Shown here: positions 60,867-64,000 of the stretch, piece after piece
Layout: each line of letters begins with the position of its first letter
Numbering within the stretch: the stretch's first letter is position 1
Assembly (NCBI GenBank): GCA_963754315.1
Contig: CAVWFS010000018.1
Span: forward strand, 192,001-256,000
Length of the DNA stretch: 64,000 nucleotides
From: an uncultured Candidatus Rokubacteria bacterium
Lineage (GTDB): Bacteria; Methylomirabilota; Methylomirabilia; Rokubacteriales; CSP1-6
Reading direction: 5' to 3'
The notes under the pieces: model-generated
The model's database searches: none
What the model was told of the DNA's origin: nothing
What the model saw: only the letters and a program-made list of their open reading frames with translations
Program-made: the position numbers and the translations under genes

Positions 60867-62465
60867 TCAGCGTCGGGTCACGAACTCCCAGTTGTGAATG
60901 CCCATATGACCGGGAATCAGCGGCCACTCGCCCACCTTGGGCCCCACCCCGGCAATGGAATGGGCCGCCGCGATGCTGACGCCCGGAAGGTACTCGTAGA
61001 GCCAGGGTCCCATCTCTTCGCGCATGATCCGAGCGCGCTCGGTGGGATTCGCCTCTGTCCCCAGGCGCTCGATGAACCCGTCCAGCTTCGGATGCTCCAC
61101 CAGTAGATGCACGGCGGCCTTCGTCTGGGCGATACGCGCGAACAGTTCCCACGGCTCGGGCGCGATGATAGGTCCGGCGTAGGCCAGCGCGACCCCCGGG
61201 TATGACCGTGCCCGGAAATCGCCCGCGAACACGGCGCGGTCCACGGGGCGACGCTTGACCTTGAGGCCGATCTTCTCCCAGTAGGTCGCCACCGCCTCTC
61301 CCACATCGGGCAGAAATCCTCGCCCGGGCCAGGCCGTCAGGTTCATGGTGACCTCGAAGCCGTTCGGATAGCCCGCTTCGGTGAGCAACGCCTTGGCGCG
61401 GGCCGGGTCGAAGGGCAGCGGCTTGAGCAGGGCCTCGCTCGCCCACGGATCGGTGGGGTAATAGTTCACCGTCCCCACCGGAGTTCCCAAGCCGCCCAGC
61501 ACCTGCTGCACGATCGCCTTCTTATCCACGGCCAGATTGAGGGCCAGCCTCACCTTGCGCGCCCGCTCGGCGTCGGGCTGCGCCCACGGCACCTTCGGGT
61601 CGTAACTGGGCTTGGTCGGCCATTGCCCGCCGAGGATTACCCACACGGCCACCACGTTGGGCATGGTGAGAGTGCGCATGCCCACTTTCTTCAGCTCGTC
61701 CACGTACTCGCCGCCGACCTCGATGACATCGGCGCTCCCCGCCCGCAGCATGGCCATGCGCGTGGCCGGCTCCGGGACCTTCAGGAACACGAGCCGCTTC
61801 CAGTGCGGGACCGCGCGCCAGTGGTTGTCCACCGCCTCGTAGACGATCCGATCGCCGCGCACGTGCTCCACGAACTTCCAGGGCCCGGTGCCGATGGGGC
61901 GCCGCTCGCCCGCGTCCCCGCCGGCCTCGACGTGCTTCTTCGATTGGATGTAGGCCACGGAGGCGAACAGCCCGTGGTTGACCCGGTTACCGAAGGTCAC
62001 GAAGGGCTTCTCGAAGCGCACGGTGATGGTGTAGGGGTCGGTCACCTCCATGCTCTTGATCAGCCGAAACTCCGGGGCCAGCGAATTAGCCGAGCCCTCC
62101 TTGGCGAGGGATGTGAACGTGAACTTGACATCCTCGGCGGTCACCTCGCTGCCGTCGTGAAATCGGACGCCCTTCCGCAGATTGAAGGTCCACGTGCGGC
62201 CGCCATCGGTGACGCGCCAGCGCTCGGCCAGCATGGGGATCGGCTCGCCGGTCTTGGGATCTCGCGTGAGGAGGTTTTCGTAGAGCGGCTTGAGGACCAC
62301 GTCCTCCGCGCCCACGTACAGATTCGGCAACCAGCGCTCGTTGCCAAAGGTGGCCACCGCCACCGTCAGGGTGCCCTCCGGCCCGGCCGCGGCTGGTCTC
62401 AGCTCCATATCGCCGAACAAGACGGTCACAAGGGCCGCCGCGGTGACGACGAGTCGCGTGTTCAT
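60867..62465 (-). CDS. Family-5 ABC substrate-binding protein
   Basis: GGAGG SD + signal peptide; PMLAERW, GVRFHDG, GTGPWKF. Confidence 0.9.
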   Translation of the reverse strand: MNTRLVVTAAALVTVLFGDMELRPAAAGPEGTLTVAVATFGNERWLPNLYVGAEDVVLKPLYENLLTRDPKTGEPIPMLAERWRVTDGGRTWTFNLRKGVRFHDGSEVTAEDVKFTFTSLAKEGSANSLAPEFRLIKSMEVTDPYTITVRFEKPFVTFGNRVNHGLFASVAYIQSKKHVEAGGDAGERRPIGTGPWKFVEHVRGDRIVYEAVDNHWRAVPHWKRLVFLKVPEPATRMAMLRAGSADVIEVGGEYVDELKKVGMRTLTMPNVVAVWVILGGQWPTKPSYDPKVPWAQPDAERARKVRLALNLAVDKKAIVQQVLGGLGTPVGTVNYYPTDPWASEALLKPLPFDPARAKALLTEAGYPNGFEVTMNLTAWPGRGFLPDVGEAVATYWEKIGLKVKRRPVDRAVFAGDFRARSYPGVALAYAGPIIAPEPWELFARIAQTKAAVHLLVEHPKLDGFIERLGTEANPTERARIMREEMGPWLYEYLPGVSIAAAHSIAGVGPKVGEWPLIPGHMGIHNWEFVTRR

Positions 62466-62562
62466 ATCCGCCCTCCTCCGTCGATTCGGTGTTCGAGCGC
62501 AAGCCTGCCCGCACAATCCCTCGCGGGAGAGGTTCGAAAGAGGGCGCGCAGCCCCCGATGTT

Positions 62563-64000
62563 CTAGCGCGCCCGGGTCACATACTCCCAATTGTGAAAGC
62601 CCATGTGCCCGGGGATGAGTGGCCATTCCCCGACTCTCGGCCCCACCCCCGCGATGGCATGGGCGGCGCCGATGGCTATCCCGGGGACGTATTCGTAGAG
62701 CCAGGGGCCCATCTCGTCGCGCATGATGCGAATTCGTTCCTGGTAGCTGGCCTGGGTGGCCAGACGGTCGAGATACTCGTCGAGCTTGGGATGCTCGATG
62801 AACAGACTGAGGGCGGCCTTGGTGTGGCCGGCACGAATGAGTACCTCCCAGCTCTCCGGGGCTACCAGCGGAGCGGCGTACGCCAGCGCAACCCCCGAGT
62901 ACGCGCGCGCCCGGAAGTCCGCAGAGAACACCGCGCGGTCCACCGGCCGCCGCTTCACCTTGATGCCGATCTTCTCCCAGTAGGTCGCCACTGCCTCGCC
63001 GACGTCAGGCAAGAAGCCTCGCCCGGGCCAGGCGGTGAGATTCATGGTCACGTCGAACCCATTGGGATAGCCCGCCTCGCTCAAGAGGCCCTTGGCCCTG
63101 GCCGGATCATAGGGCAGGGGTTTCTTCAGCGCTTCCGTGGCCCAGGGATCGGTGGGATACGCGAGCCAGGACCCCACCACGGTGCCGAGCCCACCGAGGA
63201 CGCGTTGCATGATGGCCTGCTTGTCCACTGCCAAGTTGAGGGCGAGCCGAACCTTGCGGGCGCGTTCCGCGTCGGGCTGCGCCCACGGCACCTTGGGGTC
63301 GTAGGTGGCCTTGGTGGGCCACTGCCCTCCGAGGATGATGTAGACCCACGACACGTTGGGCATGAGGAGTGTCCGCACGCCTACCTTCTTCAGCTCGTCC
63401 ACGTACTCGCCGCCGACCTCGATGACGTCCACGCTACCGGCCCGGAGCATGGCCATACGCGTGGCCGCCTCGGGCACCTTCACCAGGACCAGACGCTTGA
63501 AGTGCGGCGTCGCCCGCCAGTGGTTGTCCACCGCCTCGTACACGATGCGATCGCCCCGCACGTGCTCCACGAAGCGCCAGGGGCCGGTCGCGACCGGATT
63601 CCGCTCGGCCCCCTGCTCGCCGGCGCCCTCGATGTGGCGCTTGGACTGGATGAAGGCCGACGAGGCGAAGAGCCCCTGGGTCACCTTGTTGCCGAACACC
63701 ACCGACGGCTTCTCGAAGCGCACAGTGATGGTGTGGGGATCCTCGACCTCCATGCTCTTGATCAGGCGAAATTCGGTAGCCAGGGAGTTGGCCGAGCCTT
63801 CCTTAGCGATCGAGGCGAAGGTGAACCTGACGTCCTCGGCGGTGACCTCGCCCCGGCCGCCGTGGAACTGAACCCCCTTGCGCAGGTAGAACGTCCACGT
63901 GCGGCCGCCGTCCGCCACCTTCCAGCGCTCGGCCAGCATGGGAATGAGCTCACCGGTCTTTGCGTCGCGGGACAGGAGGTTCTCGTACATGGGCTTGAGG
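62563..64000 (-). CDS. Family-5 ABC substrate-binding protein, 5' end outside the window
   Basis: Close paralog of 60867..62465 (MNLTAWPGRGFLPDVGEAVATYWEKIG, WPLIPGHMG). Confidence 0.9.
   Translation of the reverse strand, partial: LKPMYENLLSRDAKTGELIPMLAERWKVADGGRTWTFYLRKGVQFHGGRGEVTAEDVRFTFASIAKEGSANSLATEFRLIKSMEVEDPHTITVRFEKPSVVFGNKVTQGLFASSAFIQSKRHIEGAGEQGAERNPVATGPWRFVEHVRGDRIVYEAVDNHWRATPHFKRLVLVKVPEAATRMAMLRAGSVDVIEVGGEYVDELKKVGVRTLLMPNVSWVYIILGGQWPTKATYDPKVPWAQPDAERARKVRLALNLAVDKQAIMQRVLGGLGTVVGSWLAYPTDPWATEALKKPLPYDPARAKGLLSEAGYPNGFDVTMNLTAWPGRGFLPDVGEAVATYWEKIGIKVKRRPVDRAVFSADFRARAYSGVALAYAAPLVAPESWEVLIRAGHTKAALSLFIEHPKLDEYLDRLATQASYQERIRIMRDEMGPWLYEYVPGIAIGAAHAIAGVGPRVGEWPLIPGHMGFHNWEYVTRAR

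Overview
GC-rich bacterial chromosomal window, gene-dense and mainly metabolic/transport. The expanded paralogous families (4 luciferase-like monooxygenases, 4 amidohydrolases, 5 family-5 peptide/nickel ABC binding proteins, NIPSNAP, Tct transporter, adenylate-cyclase/TPR relic) resemble soil Ca. Rokubacteria/Methylomirabilota genomes; that taxonomy is an inference. From left to right: a CHAT (caspase-like) protease running off the left edge and missed by the ORF track; a plant-type threonine synthase overlapping a plant-type cystathionine gamma-synthase; terC preceded by a 19-codon uORF and a hairpin; a G-rich ~80-bp palindromic tandem repeat; a broken NitT/TauT ABC system; a vapBC pair; an Xsc-like TPP enzyme with a CCG Fe-S protein; a NIPSNAP-hydrolase-LLM run; a full-length Lhr helicase; a P450/ferredoxin plus Rieske dioxygenase catabolic cluster; a split Dpp/Opp ABC system interrupted by a cyclase pseudogene and a mazEF-like pair; and tctBAC. 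About a dozen single-base frameshifts (probably sequencing error) and five genes with large internal deletions are present. I saw no rRNA, tRNA, CRISPR array, transposase or integrase. No single, clearly novel system can be proven from the sequence alone. The best candidates are the plant-type thrC-metB branch-point pair, the CHAT protease, the terC leader, the palindromic repeat and a recurrent leaderless-promoter signature.
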